A DNA stretch of 63,543 bases, filler included, from Cercozoa sp. M6MM (lineage: Eukaryota > Protista > Endomyxa: Ascetosporea): assembly GCA_040357565.1 (NCBI GenBank). It is 9 parts of 9 records of this genome, joined end to end, with 100 filler letters (N's around TTAATTAATTAA, not from the genome) between each part and the next. Parts side by side here need not be neighbours in the genome. Positions count along the whole stretch, not along the records: positions 32,491 to 41,308 come from JBDODJ010000510.1; positions 41,409 to 42,525 come from JBDODJ010002165.1; positions 42,626 to 59,861 come from JBDODJ010000266.1; 6 more parts are not named here. One strand, 5' to 3'. Of the stretch, positions 38,493 through 51,925 are shown piece by piece (positions within the stretch are counted from its first letter, which is position 1; the number at the start of each line of letters is the position of its first letter). Below the pieces are notes generated by a model that saw only the letters and a program-made list of their open reading frames with translations, was not told the origin of the DNA and searched no databases. The position numbers and the translations under genes were made by a program.

Positions 38493-41254
38493 ATGGAGGC
38501 AAGGATTCCGTCGTTCGAGAAGCGCGACGGCAAGGTACTGCTCGCTGTTTTCCTGCTGTGCGCACAAAGAGTAGCGGTCTTTGTGTGCGTTAGATATGGT
38601 ACGTCCTGTGCATTGACTCACTGGGCTACCGTGCCTCGCGACGCTACGCACAGTTTGTCGATCTGCACCGTCGTTTGGAGGTACCACAGCTGTGCGTTCC
38701 TTGTGTCAGTCGAATCAAAGTCACTGAGTACACACACATAAACAGCGGGCGATTGAACTAAACCAACGGACACGTGGATTGATCCAGTTGCCGCCTTTGC
38801 CGGAACACTCGTGCGTTCCCCTCTCTCTCCCCTTCTCCGCTCGCGTGTGTCCTCAGACCGATATACCCAGTGTATGATTGCTGCAGCAGCTGGTGGCAGA
38901 GAAAGACCGATGAGTTTCTGGAGCAGCGACGACGCGAACTAGGTGCGATCAGGCTCCTTGTTTGTATGTGTACATATTCTGTGTTTGCACATATGTTAAT
39001 GTGTATACATATATATGTATATATATATATGTATCTGTGTGTGTGTATGTGTGCAGAGGTGTACCTGCAACGCGTGTTGTCGCACCGCATACTCTTCTCG
39101 TCGCCCATCACGCAGCGCTTCCTTAAACTGCCAGTACCGAGGTAGACCTTCCCTTTTTAACCCCCTGCTCTGACCTCCCTGTCCCCAGGCAAGCGTCAGG
39201 TCCGCCCATGACGCCAATCGGGGCGAAAATGCCGACTGCCACCGAGACACGCAGTGTCAGTGTACCGCACATATTTTTTTATATTCTCTGGTGTCCGCGC
39301 GGAACGTACGCTGTGCTGCAGAGGGAACGACCAGGGGCGGCGCCGGTGTCGCCGATCCTGCGTCGTCTGTCGTCTGCGTCGGTGGTGTCGAACCTGTCGC
39401 TGTCATCGACACTGGGCAGCTTCCTGGACGTCAGTCGGGATGACTTTGAGGATGACCTGGACGACCGCGCGGACGAGGAGATCGGTGCCGCCGGACGAAA
39501 CGCAGATGCCGACCGTGCGCGCATCACGGTGTCGCGGCAGTCGCTGCTGCGGCAGTCGCTGCGCCGCGTGCACGCGTGGCTGCCGCGCTCGCTGCTGCGC
39601 TCGGTGGTATGGGCGCTGCTGCAGACGGTCGGAGCGCCGGTGCACGTGTCGTCGCTGCACGAGCACAGTCACGACGGTGCCGGCAATGTCATGGTGACAC
39701 TCACGACACGGCAGGAGGTGGCACTCGTTGTGCCGGCCACGTGCGCACTCTCCATCAGCACCGACAGTACCAGCCCGGCCAGCATCAGCACTGACGGTGA
39801 CAGTACCGGCAATGGTAGCATCGACAGCGGCAGTGACACTGACGGTGAGACGGTGCTGGTGTCGGCACTTCCAACACGTGCCGTGCCGCTGCGAAACGGC
39901 ACACGTGTCGTGCTGGCCAGCTACACGCCGATGCGGTCGGAGGTGTCGATGCACCTGCCGTCGCTGTCGCTGTCGCTGCTGCTGCTGCTGTTTCTGCTGG
40001 GTGCTGGGCGAGCCTTTGCGCTCTTCCTGTCACTTTGCGTTCTGCTGTCGCTGCGTACCCTTGCCCTTTGTCCTCTTGCACCTTACCTTCCCTGGTGGTA
40101 GTGTCGCACCTCTCGGACGAACTGAGTCGAGGCGAGCTGCGCCTGCGGCTCGTGCCGCGACAGCAAGCTCCTCACGGTGCACTCATCTGTTTATGTGTTT
40201 ATCTACTGCTGTGTATTATTAAGGTCATATATATATATATATAAATATATATATAAATATTTGAAGACATCTATATTTGTGCATCTATATAAGCATGTTT
40301 ATATGTATTCCAGGCTGGCCATGCGAGCCGTCGCTGTTCCGTCGCGTGCGGGCTCTGCGCAAGGTCGGTTGCACGGACGGACTGGATGAATTGTTCGAAC
40401 GTGAGGACTTGGACGACGATGCCTTTGTCGACGAGCTCGGCACCCGTGTTGCTCAATGCGAGCATGACCTGGTACCACCACCCTAATACAACCTCTACAC
40501 TGCTACCTTACTACCTACTTGTACCTCCACGGTGCATCTACTAGTCAGCCTTGTTTGTTGCAGGTCAAACGAGCCGTTGATGGCGGCAGTAAGCGCAGAC
40601 ACTTCTGGCAGTGGCTCGGTCTACCTGAGCAGTCAGACAAGTGCGAGGTGTGCTGTCCGTCGATTTCTATGTCTGTATGTCTGTGTATATATATATAGTG
40701 GCACAAGGAGGACTTCCGGCAGGTGCGCGTGTGTGCCGTGGATGCACTGACGGCGGTGCTGCGGCAGGACACGGCACTCGCCGTCGACCTGTTGACGGCG
40801 CCTTGGCTGCTGCCGGCACTCAACGCCAATGTACCGTACCCTTATTACCTCCCGTGGGTACTCTCCCTACCCCTCCACAGGACAGGCGGTACCCCAAGAT
40901 GCGAGCCGTGCTGTGGTCACTCATGCTGGCACTGCGGCAAGAATGCGCCTCCGACAGTGTTACCTTGCAGGTACCCCCTCTGACCTACCTACCTACCTAC
41001 CGACCTACCTACCTACCTACCTACCTACCTACCTACCTGCCTACCTATCTGTCAGGCCTTCTTGCGCACACTGCCATCACAGTACTTGCGAGCACAAGAG
41101 GCGGCCACCCTGCAAAACAAGCAGCGGCACGCCGAGTCCTCGCCAAAGGCCGGGTCGTCACGCGCACCGTCTCTCGACCGTGTCGGCGTAGTCGGCGAGT
41201 GGCGCAAGGCGCAGCTCTTTGTGCTCGCGCTCGACTTCTGCGCACGCGATGCTG
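38493..41254 (+). CDS. PX-domain protein with long C-terminal region (3' truncated)
   Basis: N-terminal RRYAQFVDLHRRL, LPPLP, FLEQRRRELEVYLQRVL and FL are hallmark PX motifs. Confidence 0.82.
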
Positions 41255-41531
41255 GTTCCTTTACCCCTACCCATATCCCATACCCCTACCCCTACCCATA
41301 TCCCATACNNNNNNNNNNNNNNNNNNNNNNNNNNNNNNNNNNNNNNNNNNNNTTAATTAATTAANNNNNNNNNNNNNNNNNNNNNNNNNNNNNNNNNNNN
41401 NNNNNNNNGGGGGGTAAACAGGAAGGTAAACGGGGGTAAGAGGGGGCAAGGGGGTAAGAGGGCAGGGGGTAAGAGGGCAGGAGGTAAGAGGGCAGGGGGC
41501 TAAGAAGGGGGTAAACCCGCTGTGTGTGCAG

Positions 41532-42514
41532 GGCAGCATCGCATTGAGCAAGAGAGAATTGTTGCGACTGAGTGTACTACTGGCTACACTGTGGTTCGGC
41601 ATGAACTGGACCTTTAACGGTACCGTCTGGCTATTTGTTAAAGGAGGTCAAGCTTTGTTAGGGGTGTTGGTGTAGCCGCACTGAGGTATACGTCGGTGGC
41701 GTCGTCGACGGTGTTGTCTTCCTTCAGTTCGGTCTTCACGCTGCTGCTGCGCGGCGTGCGGCAGGTGCTTTACCCCCTCCCGTCTACCCCTGTCTACCCC
41801 CTGTTTACCCCCTATATATTCTCCTATATCCCCTCCTATTTACTCCATGTACCCCATGTTTACCCCCCCCCCCAGGTGCAACAGATGGCAGTGATCGGTG
41901 TGTTGGTGGTGGTACTTGGTGCCACGCTGGTCGGAGTCTCCGATGTCACTGATGATGACGGTTGGGTACGGTTCCTTCTGACTTGACTGAGCACGTGGTC
42001 ATTTGGTTCCCAAAATAGGGCAGTCTGGGTGGCAACGTGTTGGCCTTGCTAAGCGCCTTTCTTTACGGCGTCTATGCCGTCTCGGTCGAGACGAGACTCG
42101 AGGGAGGTAACAGTATAAGGGGGGAGAAGGGGGTAAGGGGTAACGTGGAAGATATGCAGCAAGTGCGACGTCGGAAGAGTCAGAAAACCGAGTGCACATG
42201 TCGACTGTGTACACCTGTGTGGGCGCGCTGACACTCTGCCTGTCCTGGCCACTGCCTCTGCTGGAAGGCCTGCTCTATCACTCTGATGGTACCTAGTATA
42301 GGGGGGGTTAAATGGGGGTTAAATGGGGGTTAAATAGGGGTAGACGGGGGGGGGGGGTGAAATGGGGGTAAACAGGGGTAAAACTATGCAGACACCGCAC
42401 TGACCAAGGCAGCAGTCGGAATGATCGCCGCTAATGCCGCCATCAGCGCCTTCAGTGGACTGCTCTGGGCCTACGCTGTCGTGCTGACCACCTCTGTGCT
42501 GGCCACTGTGTCGC
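41532..42514 (+). CDS. SLC35F/DMT-family transporter, internal exons
   Basis: LWFGMNWTFN|AALRYTSVASSTVLSSFSSVFTL, GNVLALLSAFLYGVYAV and LLWAYAVVLTTSVLATV match SLC35F5/THI74-type motifs. Confidence 0.85.
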
Positions 42515-42625
42515 GTAGTGTTTCTNNNNNNNNNNNNNNNNNNNNNNNNNNNNNNNNNNNNNNNNNNNNTTAATTAATTAANNNNNNNNNNNNNNNNNNN
42601 NNNNNNNNNNNNNNNNNNNNNNNNN

Positions 42626-43167
42626 AGCACTGGTGGTGACTCTGTCCTTCAACGTCTTCGCACTGGTTGGCTTCCGTCACGCAGTGAGTACTCGAGGTGC
42701 GAGCCAAACAATGCAACGCTGCAGAAGCCTCAATCGGAGTCCTTTCTTTTGGGTATCCCCAGTCTTGCAGTACAGTAATACTGAACAGTATCTTGAGTAT
42801 CGATATCTTGAAGTTGCTTTGTAGCTTTGCAGATATACTATACAGAGATGTGCTATGCTTGTATCTGTCCGTTCAGACGCAACTCGTGCTGTCGGTGGCA
42901 ACCATTGCCATGAGCATCTGCATGAAAGTTCACAGCGCACGCCATGATGACAAAGAAAGCACAGCAAACACGCCGAGTGCGCACGATAACGTCGAACACG
43001 TCGCCGTGGTGGCCGTCTTGGCAGCAGTCTGGGCGTGGGTATCTGTCACGTTCTGCGAACACGTGCGCATCAAGCACATGCGCCTCTTGAATGTGCTAGA
43101 CCCAGACTTCAACACAAATAACACAAATGCGGCAAGCGCTGCAGCAGTCGTCGCACAACAAGGATAA
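42626..43167 (+). CDS. 3' exons of an unknown membrane protein
   Basis: ALVVTLSFNVFALVGFRHA|YSNTEQYLEYRYLE|TQLVLSVATIAMSIC...VAVVAVLAAVWAWVSV...* contains three hydrophobic segments. Confidence 0.5.
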
Positions 43168-43356
43168 CATTTTGTTTTTAAAACGTATGTATCCTCTAAG
43201 AGAATCGAACGGAAGGTGGTGGTGTACAAATACACCAGAAACCTACAGTGTTGGAGTACAGAAGTACTGTACTCGTCGTGCGCAGGCTCAGTGGACACCT
43301 TTTTCTTTCTTGCTTTTGTTGTGTCGTCAGGCAGGCCAAACAAACATGCATGGCGA

Positions 43357-44200
43357 TCAACGACGACGACGACGACGACGCGAGCCGCGACGCGCGTCGA
43401 TCGAACACGGCTGCGCGCTGCTCGAGCGAATGGCGATGGCACGGCGCAACTCCTTCTCCAGGAAGAGGCCGATCGCGAAGTGCACGCGAGCCACCAGGCG
43501 GGACACCGACCACACGTCGATCTTGCGCGCCTGTTGCGCCACGAGATCGCGATGCGTCTGTTGAACTGCCGCCAGTCGGCGCTGCCGCTGCTGGCGACGC
43601 TCCCAGCAGACGCGGAACGACACGCCGCGCTTCTGTTGACGCTGCAGCTGCAAGCGCACGCACTCGCGGGCTGCCTCGTCGCTTCCGAGCAGTTCCAGCA
43701 AGTGGCGCTCGTGCTCGCACCCGGCTGCTTGTGTCGCCGGCGACTCTTGCGGCAACTGCAACTCTTGCCGCGGTTCTTCTTCCTTGCGATGGGGCGCACG
43801 CATGCACCCAATGAATTTGCTCAGGACAGTCTGCACACACTCCCACAATGAACAATGAAATACAACACATCTACCAGGCATGCCGAGTTGCCGACAAGAA
43901 CATAAAACCAAAACACAACAACAGAAAACAAAAACAAAAACAAAAACTAAAACAAAACAAAAAAAGATACTCAAGCTCCGCGCCCAAAAAATACGATGAC
44001 ACGGCACTCGCAACAGCACCAAAGCACTCCCACAGTGCATTCTGACACCAGAGACAGTTCAAGTCTACGCCAAGACAGAAAAACATACCATCCCAAAGCT
44101 CACAACTCTGTCTTCTTAGTGCTCCAGGCACTTCTCTTGCTTTATCTCGCTTGTTCTTGTACAAGTCTAACCTACAATGTGTGTGTGTGGTGAGAGTCTT
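43357..44200 (-). CDS. Hypothetical protein, last exons
   Basis: GC3-rich terminal exon ending ...RRRRRRR*. Upstream exons are unresolved and both strands are open here. Confidence 0.35.
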
Positions 44201-45039
44201 GTGGATTTTTTGTTCAAATCGTCCAAATCGCGTGCCGTGCACTCAATTTTTGCCACAAAAACCAGCACAAATCACAATTTCGTTGGGTGTCAGCGTGGTA
44301 TACTACCAACACGGTGACGCTGAGCCGCCACGCCACATAGGTCCAGGCTCACTGCAACGACAGTGCATAGATTAGACGTCAGTTGGGCGCAGCAGTGGCT
44401 CAGAAACTCACAAAACCCACGTGACACCTTCCGACAAGCCCGCGAGCAGGAGCAAATCGAGACTTGCAAAAAAGTCTGCCGCCCGGACGTTTCCTCGCCC
44501 ACAAGGTGACTAGTGACCTTTTGAGCACAATCATGACCTGGAAACGGTATTGTCTTTGTCATAAAGCTTCCTAAACCTCTAATCGCGCTCGCGTGAGATG
44601 ACACATACTTTTTGTGTTTCGAGGAGGAGTGGAGTGTAAGACATCGCATCGCGTGATTCGCATGATGGCTTACTTACTGTAATGCGTATCGCGTGACGTC
44701 CAAATCTTCACTTTGGCTGTCGGGTGCTCGAGTCGTCGCTGTCGCTGCCTACTGCAGTCCGAACTGTTCGAATTCACAGAATCCGCACGAACGCACGACG
44801 TTGAAACTAAACTTACTGGACAAAATTGTCTTGACACTGCTGTTGTGAAGAGCGCCTGTTTGTGCACTCACCGGAGTCCAATTGCACTAGTAGCTGCACT
44901 CGTTTCGCGTACTTTGATGCAGCTCGAGTCATATATAAATTTATAGGAGTGCTTTCCAATCACTTTTGACTGCTTAGCCCGACCTTGCTTGGCCTCAACA
45001 CACCAGGTTGGTTCATTGTCCAAGCATAAACACGCTTTG

Positions 45040-45141
45040 AGCACTGGTGGTGACTCTGTCCTTCAACGTCTTCACACTGGTTGGCTTCCGTCACGCAGCG
45101 AGTACTCGAGGTGCGAGCCAAATAATGCAGCGCTGCAGAAG
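45040..45141 (+). pseudogene. Decayed duplicate of 42626-42727
   Basis: 102 nt with 4 transition differences from the first copy. The donor GTGAGT has become GCGAGT and an in-frame TGA lies just upstream. Confidence 0.65.
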
Positions 45142-45273
45142 ATGAGTGACGTGAGCCGGGCACGAATTGCACGCAAGCAGCAAGACGCCACAGACAAAGA
45201 AGAGCTCTATTCAGTTAGTTGGCTACTAATTGACCCCGTCGCGTCACGTCAGACGAGATCGACTCTCAAACAA

Positions 45274-48200
45274 CTAGCGAAAGCGAACTCGCCGGCGTCG
45301 CAGGATGCGCGGCGTGTCGATGACGTCCTCATCGTCAAAGCCGTCGTCGTAGTAGACACTGGTACTGCCGGACACAGTACCTGCGTCAGTACCTGTGCGA
45401 GTACGGGCAGCCTTGTCCGGCGTGACAGGTGCGTTGTCCAGGTCGCGCAGTGCACGTCGACGTCGCCGCAGAATCGGCGTCACTGGCGGCATCTTCACCG
45501 CCTCGTCCGACTCGTGCTCCACGTACCTGGGGGGGGGGGGGTAAAGAGGTGGACAGGGAGGGGGCAGACAGTAAAGCTACGCGAAGTGCTCGTCGCGCGT
45601 GTCGTCGACGCGCACGGAGAAGTCGCCGAGCGTCTCGTTGCCGTCGAAGCGGAAGCGACGTCGCTGCGATCGACCGTCAGTGTCACCGTCAGTGGGATCA
45701 GTGGCACCACTGGTACCACTGGCACCGGTACCACTGGCATCGGTATCAATGGCACCGGTATCAATGGCACCGGGATCAATGACTCCACTGATGTCGACAC
45801 CGCCGCTCCCAGTCGCTCGAATGTCGTGCAGCAGCGCCTGCACCGCCCGCAAACTCCGCTCGTCCTCTTCTTTCTGCATAGTGGAATAAAGCGAGTATGC
45901 AAGTAAGCTGGGTAGGGGGTAAAACTACCTTGTGCACACGATAGCGACGTTTCAGCACTCGCGCCGTTTCGCAGATGCGTGACACTTTACATCGCGGGGG
46001 GGGGGGGNNNNNNNNNNNNNNNNNNNNNNNNNNNNNNNNNNNNNNNNNNNNNNNNNNNNNNNNNNNNNNNNNNNNNNNNNNNNNNNNNNNNNNNNNNNNN
46101 NNNNNNNGCGAGGTAAGGGGGGGGGGCGGGTATACCAGCGTCGGCGTCGCGGTCGAACAGACGTCGGAAGTGCGACATCGTCGACGACACTCGCGTCGTC
46201 TGGCCACGCACACCGCACGCTGCATCAGGGGAGGGGAATTAAGGGGGTAAACCGGGGGTAAACAGGGGAGTAAACAGGGGGGTAAAAAGGGCAGTGTAAA
46301 AAGGGGAGTAAACAGGGGGGTAAAAGGGGAGTACAGGCGGGTAAAAAAGGGAGTAAACAGGGGGATAAAAGGGGAGTAAACAGGGGTAAAGAGGGGGATA
46401 CACAGAGGGATAGGGGGGGGGGGGGGGGTAAACAGAGAGGCAAAGAGGGGCAAAGGACTACCGCCGCGCAGGCCGAGTCGCAGCAGGTGGCACGCGAGCT
46501 GTACGACACGTCGCTGCCGTGAGTGCCACTGCAGCACGTCGGCGCACATGGCAATGACACGTGCGCCATGTCGCAGAAAGAGACACCGTCGCACACTGAC
46601 ACTGCTCTGATCGATCAGTGACACCAGTGGCAGTGACGGTGACGACGACTGCTGCTGCTGATCCAAGTCGTCACTGTGCTGTGCCACCTGTCCCAGTACG
46701 CACAGACTCGCCTCCAGCACCTCCTGCTGCTGCACGTCACACGACTGCGCCAGCGCCACCAAAGCGCGCAACACACCGCGCTCCGCCAGACGCCTGTGTG
46801 CCACGGCTTTACCCCCCTTGCCTCCCCCATGTTGACTCCCCCCCCCAGTACGAGTGGTGTACCGACGCGTCCATGCCGTAGTTTTCGTCGCTTTCGTCAA
46901 GTCGACCAAGGTCAACACAGCACTGCAAGAAGGCATGGGTAGCGGTGGAAGTACGGGTTAAAAAAGGGGTGCGTACCGAGTGAGCTGCGACAGCGTGCTA
47001 CCATGCAGGAAGGCGTCGATGGCAACACGCACGCGACGCGACACCGCCGGTTCGTTTCGTGACACTGGCACACGCACGCGCACCTCGCTGGACTGTGCTC
47101 AAAGCATGTGCGTTTATTTGTATGAGTATACTATGCATGTATAGTTTACATAATAATATTCGACGTAAATATATCTAGATATAACTTGATATATGCGTAC
47201 ATATGTACTACAGATAAAGTTAACATCGATCCACATAAACAGAAAGATGATACATGCAATGACCGCCGCCTGTGTTGTTGTTTTTGTGGTTGTTGTTGGT
47301 GTTTTGGAGGTTGCTGTTCGGGGTGCGAAAACTGCTCGATTGGACTGTGAGCACTGACTGCGCTTTCGTCCGGCTTTGACTGTTCTGGAGACTTTTGACG
47401 TTCGTGTTGTTTTTGCGGTTGTTGTTTCTTCGGTTGTTGTTTTTGCGGTTGTTGTTTCTTCGGTTGTTGTTTTTCGAGTTGTTGTCGTTTCTTCGGTTGT
47501 TGTGTGTCGGGTGATTTTTGTTGTTCGGGTGTAGTTTGTTGTTGTTGTTCCGGTGGCTGTTGTTTTGACCGCTGCAGCCGAAAGTGCGGCACGCGATGAC
47601 GCACGTCATGCACCTGTGTTACAAGAGGGTTACGGGGGTGGAAAGGGGAGGGAGGGGGTAAGAACAACGGCAACCTGACTGCGCACATGACGCACTTCGC
47701 GATGGACGCGTTTCTGACTGTCGCGCATCTTGTGCACCTGCTCTCCACAGACATAGAGACATCATGCAACATTGGAACTCCAGTGGAAGCTGCAACCTCC
47801 TTGTGCACACGTGTCAGCAGTTCGCGTTGCTGGGTTAGTTCCTCTCGCTGCTGTTCCAGGTAGCTGCGGAACACATATCCAATTTTAAACAATCTTACAA
47901 ATATAAATACATGTACTAATTATTATTACATATCACTAGTGCTGACATATATTATATATATTGTACCGAATCCACTCGCGTTCCTTCTCTTCGGCACGCA
48001 CACGTTCTCGTTCCTTCTCCAGCGCTGCCTTCTGCTTGTAAGTGAGGGGTAAAGATGGTGAGAGGGGGCAGAGGATAGCGATACATAGCGCAGCGCCAGA
48101 GCACGCGATCGCACAAACTCTCGCACACTAGCGGTTCCCTCTGCCGCCTACGGGGGCACCAAGTACTTTGACTAAGTGGGGGTAAAGAGGAGGGCAAGGG

Positions 48201-48311
48201 TACGGCAGCATGGTGCTCACGTCCGCGACGTGCTCGGAGAAGACTCTGCGCCGCCTGTGTCGCTGCTTGCTTGCCCTCACCTGCCAACCAACCAGGCATC
48301 CGTACATACGT

Positions 48312-48342
<31 letters not shown>

Positions 48343-51300
48343 CATGTTTACGTAAATATCTGTGTGTGTATGCAATACAGTGCTGCAAAAAGACGCGTCG
48401 TTGCGCGAGCGTCACCACGAATTTCTGAAGATTTTGCGCCGCTTTTTCCGCTCGTTCTGTATGCACAAATATGTCAAGTGAATGGTCACACATGTCCGCG
48501 CGGACAGGCAAAGGTATACCACGATGAAGCAAGCGTGCGTAGGAGTGCATGACACGAGCGTCCAGCAGCTTAGCGCACAGCAACACACCGCGCTGCTGCT
48601 CCCGATACGCACTGTTGGCTCGTCTCGCTCTCTGCTTGAGGGGAAGGGAGGGAGTGTGTGTGTGGGGGAGGGGTAGAGGAGGGGTATACAGGACAGTACC
48701 AGCAACGGGACGAGCGAAGCAGCAGCGTCGTTTCGCTCTTGCAAAAGCTGCTGCTGCCGCTGTTTCTGCTGCGTTTCTTCCGCGCGTTTCTTCTGTGAGA
48801 CCATTGGAGTATGGTTAAAAGAGGGTATACAGAGTATGGTAAGATTAAGAGAGGGTACCGCAGAAATCAAACGACTTAGGAAGCGCAGCCGATGCAATCG
48901 CGCCTCTAGATTGATGCCGCAAAGTAAGGCGGCACTGCGCACTTCCTGTCGCTGTCGCTGCCACTGTCGACGACAGTCCCTGGTCACAAGACAGGACTGC
49001 ATTATGCCTACAGCCGCGCGGAAGGTCTGGTGTTGTCGCTGCGCCTGCTGCATCGACAGGAAGGACGACACACAGGCCACTGCCCTGTCTCGTGTCTGTA
49101 GACTACACACACACAGCACATACACACGTGTTAATACACAAACTACCAGTCAGGGAGAAGCGTCAACATACGTGTCTGCAAAGAGCGCATTCGAAAGCTT
49201 TGTGCGCAGCATTCTTTGCACTATGCGCGTCGCGTTCGTCGCTCTTTCGTCTGTTGCAACAGTGAAGATGATCAACCTTGAACAGAGCCAAAAAGAAATA
49301 TACACAAAGGCCGGCGGGCACGAAGCAAAGCGGAAACGCTGCGAACGGCGGCACTGACGGCAGCATGACGCCGAACCAGACGCTTTCGACTCTTTCGTGC
49401 GACAAGCAGGCACTGCACGGCATGAACAGCTGCTTCGGCGGCTTGCTGTTCTCGCAGCTTGGATTTCTCGGCTGCGGCTTTGGCTTCCGCCTGCGCTCGC
49501 TTTCGCTCTGCTTCGGCAGCTGCTTCGGCCGTCGCTTTCGCAGCTGCTTCGGCTATTTCGCGCTCCTTTCGCTCGTTTTCGCGTCGCTCATTTTCTTTTC
49601 GCTCTCTTTCGCGTCGCTCGTTTTCTTTTCGCTCGCGTTCGCGTTGCTCGTTTTCCTTTTGCTCTTTCTCACGCAGCTCACGTTCCTTTTCTTCCTTCTC
49701 ACGCAGCTCGCGCTCTCTTCGCTCTTGTTCGAGCAGCTCGCGTTCTCTTCGCTCTTGTTCGCGCTGTTCGTGTTCTTTTCGCTCTCGCTCGCGCAGCTCG
49801 CGTTCCTTTTCCTCCTTTTTCCGCATCTCCAGTTCAATTTGAACTTGCTTCGCGTGCCCTTCGCGTGCTTCGCTTTCTTTTCGCTGTTGTCGCTGCTTCG
49901 CAGAAAGCTTGTCAGCGAGCTCGGGAGTGAATGCGTTGCCAAAGTTAACTTCGCCCAGTTGCAAAGTGAATTTTGCGCCAGGCAACGAAAGCTGCGCGTC
50001 GCTGAATTCAAAGCTCGGCTGTGTTTCGTCTTCGAGCAACGGAAGCGAAGTGTGCTCATCGTCGAGCTGCGTCGTTGCTTCTGGAATCCCTTCGTCTCCG
50101 TGTTTTTCGCTCACAGTGTCGTTCGACTCCGTTGTTTCTGGCACCTGCGAAAGACAGAGCTTCCAATCAAAGAAGATAAAACTGAGTAGAGTAGAAATAC
50201 AGCAGGCGGAAGGGCGAGCGGTGACAACGGTGCAGGCGTTGGTTTGATGTGTCGTTCCACAACGAGTGCAGCGAAGCGCTGTCGCGCCAGGCCACTCAGC
50301 TGGAGCGACAGGAACTCCAGCAGCGCCAAGTTCGCCTGTTCGTTTTCGCACTACCAAAACAAACCCACAAAGGATGAGAAACACAAGGCAAAAGCCTCAA
50401 AGCTTGGGCATACGGCCTGCAGGTCGGCCATGTCGCGAAAGTGGCGAAAGCGCGGCCAGTCAAAGCGCTGACTCACTGCGTCCAACAATGCATGATTGCG
50501 TCTGATCGCTCGTGTCTGTAGCTCCTCCCTTCAGACACACGAACAAACAGAGAAACTTCAACTCAACACAAACAAAAGCACAACCACAGATACGAGTATA
50601 CCGAGTGACAACTGAGGACCAGTTGACATCAACCACCAGTGTTTCTGGCAACTGCTTCGACATGACTGACCCTTTCTCACTGGACACACAACAGTACAAA
50701 CAACAACAACAACAACAACGACAAAAACAACAAACAAGAACAAAGAAAAACGATACGATATTGATGCGTCAAATTCGAGTGCTTGCACAGCCCGGTCGCG
50801 GTTCGTTTCGCCTGCAGCGACAGTCACACACGACAATAAAAAGACTGTCACACAAGTTTAACTAAAATCAAAGCACACCGATCTGCGAGAAAGGCACGAG
50901 ACGCGGAAAATACGCACGTAGCAGCAGCAGTAGAAACATGCCGTCGGCGAGATCGGCGCCGAGATTTCGCACCTGTCGTGACGTGTCGCTCTTGTTTCCA
51001 TCGGGCACACGTACAGTCCCTTCGTAGTGCAGAAAGGCCAGCTTGGCCTGCTCAACAAGTACGACACAGACACGTACATATAGATAAGACTGACAGAGAG
51101 CAAAGCTACTGCAGCAGACAGCCAGCGTTTCAGCGTTTCGCGCAATTCGTCGCCCAGTCCGAAACAACGCATCCACGCGGTCGGTCGTTGCGAGTCCGTC
51201 TGGTCCGCGCGGTCGCTGTTGTCACTGTTGGGTCCGCAGCGACGCAGCACGTGACAAGCACGTTCGAGCCAGGCCGTCTCGGTACGCACCTCATGCAGAT

Positions 51301-51866
51301 GCTCGTGCGAGTGCTGCTGCGTCGAGCACTGCAGAAAGCAGCGCCACAGCACGCGCAGAGTGCCCTCACGGTGACCACTCGCCACGGCACGAGCGTCCAA
51401 CACTGCAGAGGAATATATATATGCACACCATCATGTGTCTCTACATATACAGTACTGGTATGTCCCGAGTTGGTCCAGCCCAAGTGACGCAACGCAAATT
51501 CGACAGCCTCTGTGCCCTGTGAGAATACATATATAGAAATATATATAGAAATATAGATACATATATATGCAAGAGAAGAGAAAGCACCTGTAGTCGCTGT
51601 TGGTGCAGTTGCTGCAGTGTGCCCTTGTTCTTGTCGGGATTTAACACTTCGGCCAGTCGGCAAAGTCGCACGCCGTTGCGCAGGTCATTCGCGAGCTGTA
51701 GAGGTAGGGGTGTGAAATGTGTGTGTGTGTACGTATGGGCATAATCAAACAACAGTGTACCGATGTCACAGTAAAATCGGCTCCATCAAACACTGAAGAT
51801 ACGTGCGACAACACGTCTGCTCTACAGCACACATACACACATACCGTACACATGTTTATAAGTGTG

Positions 51867-51925
<59 letters not shown>

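Noticed and set aside
41532-43167. Joining the SLC35F fragment with the downstream TM exons, or reading functional clusters across the window
   Set aside because: They are separated by a synthetic linker, so adjacency is not established.
47680-47745. RanBP2-like zinc finger CTRC...CVMC in ORF 47146..47892
   Set aside because: It comes from reading through an intron. The spliced frame reads VHKMRDSQKRVHREVRHVRSQ.
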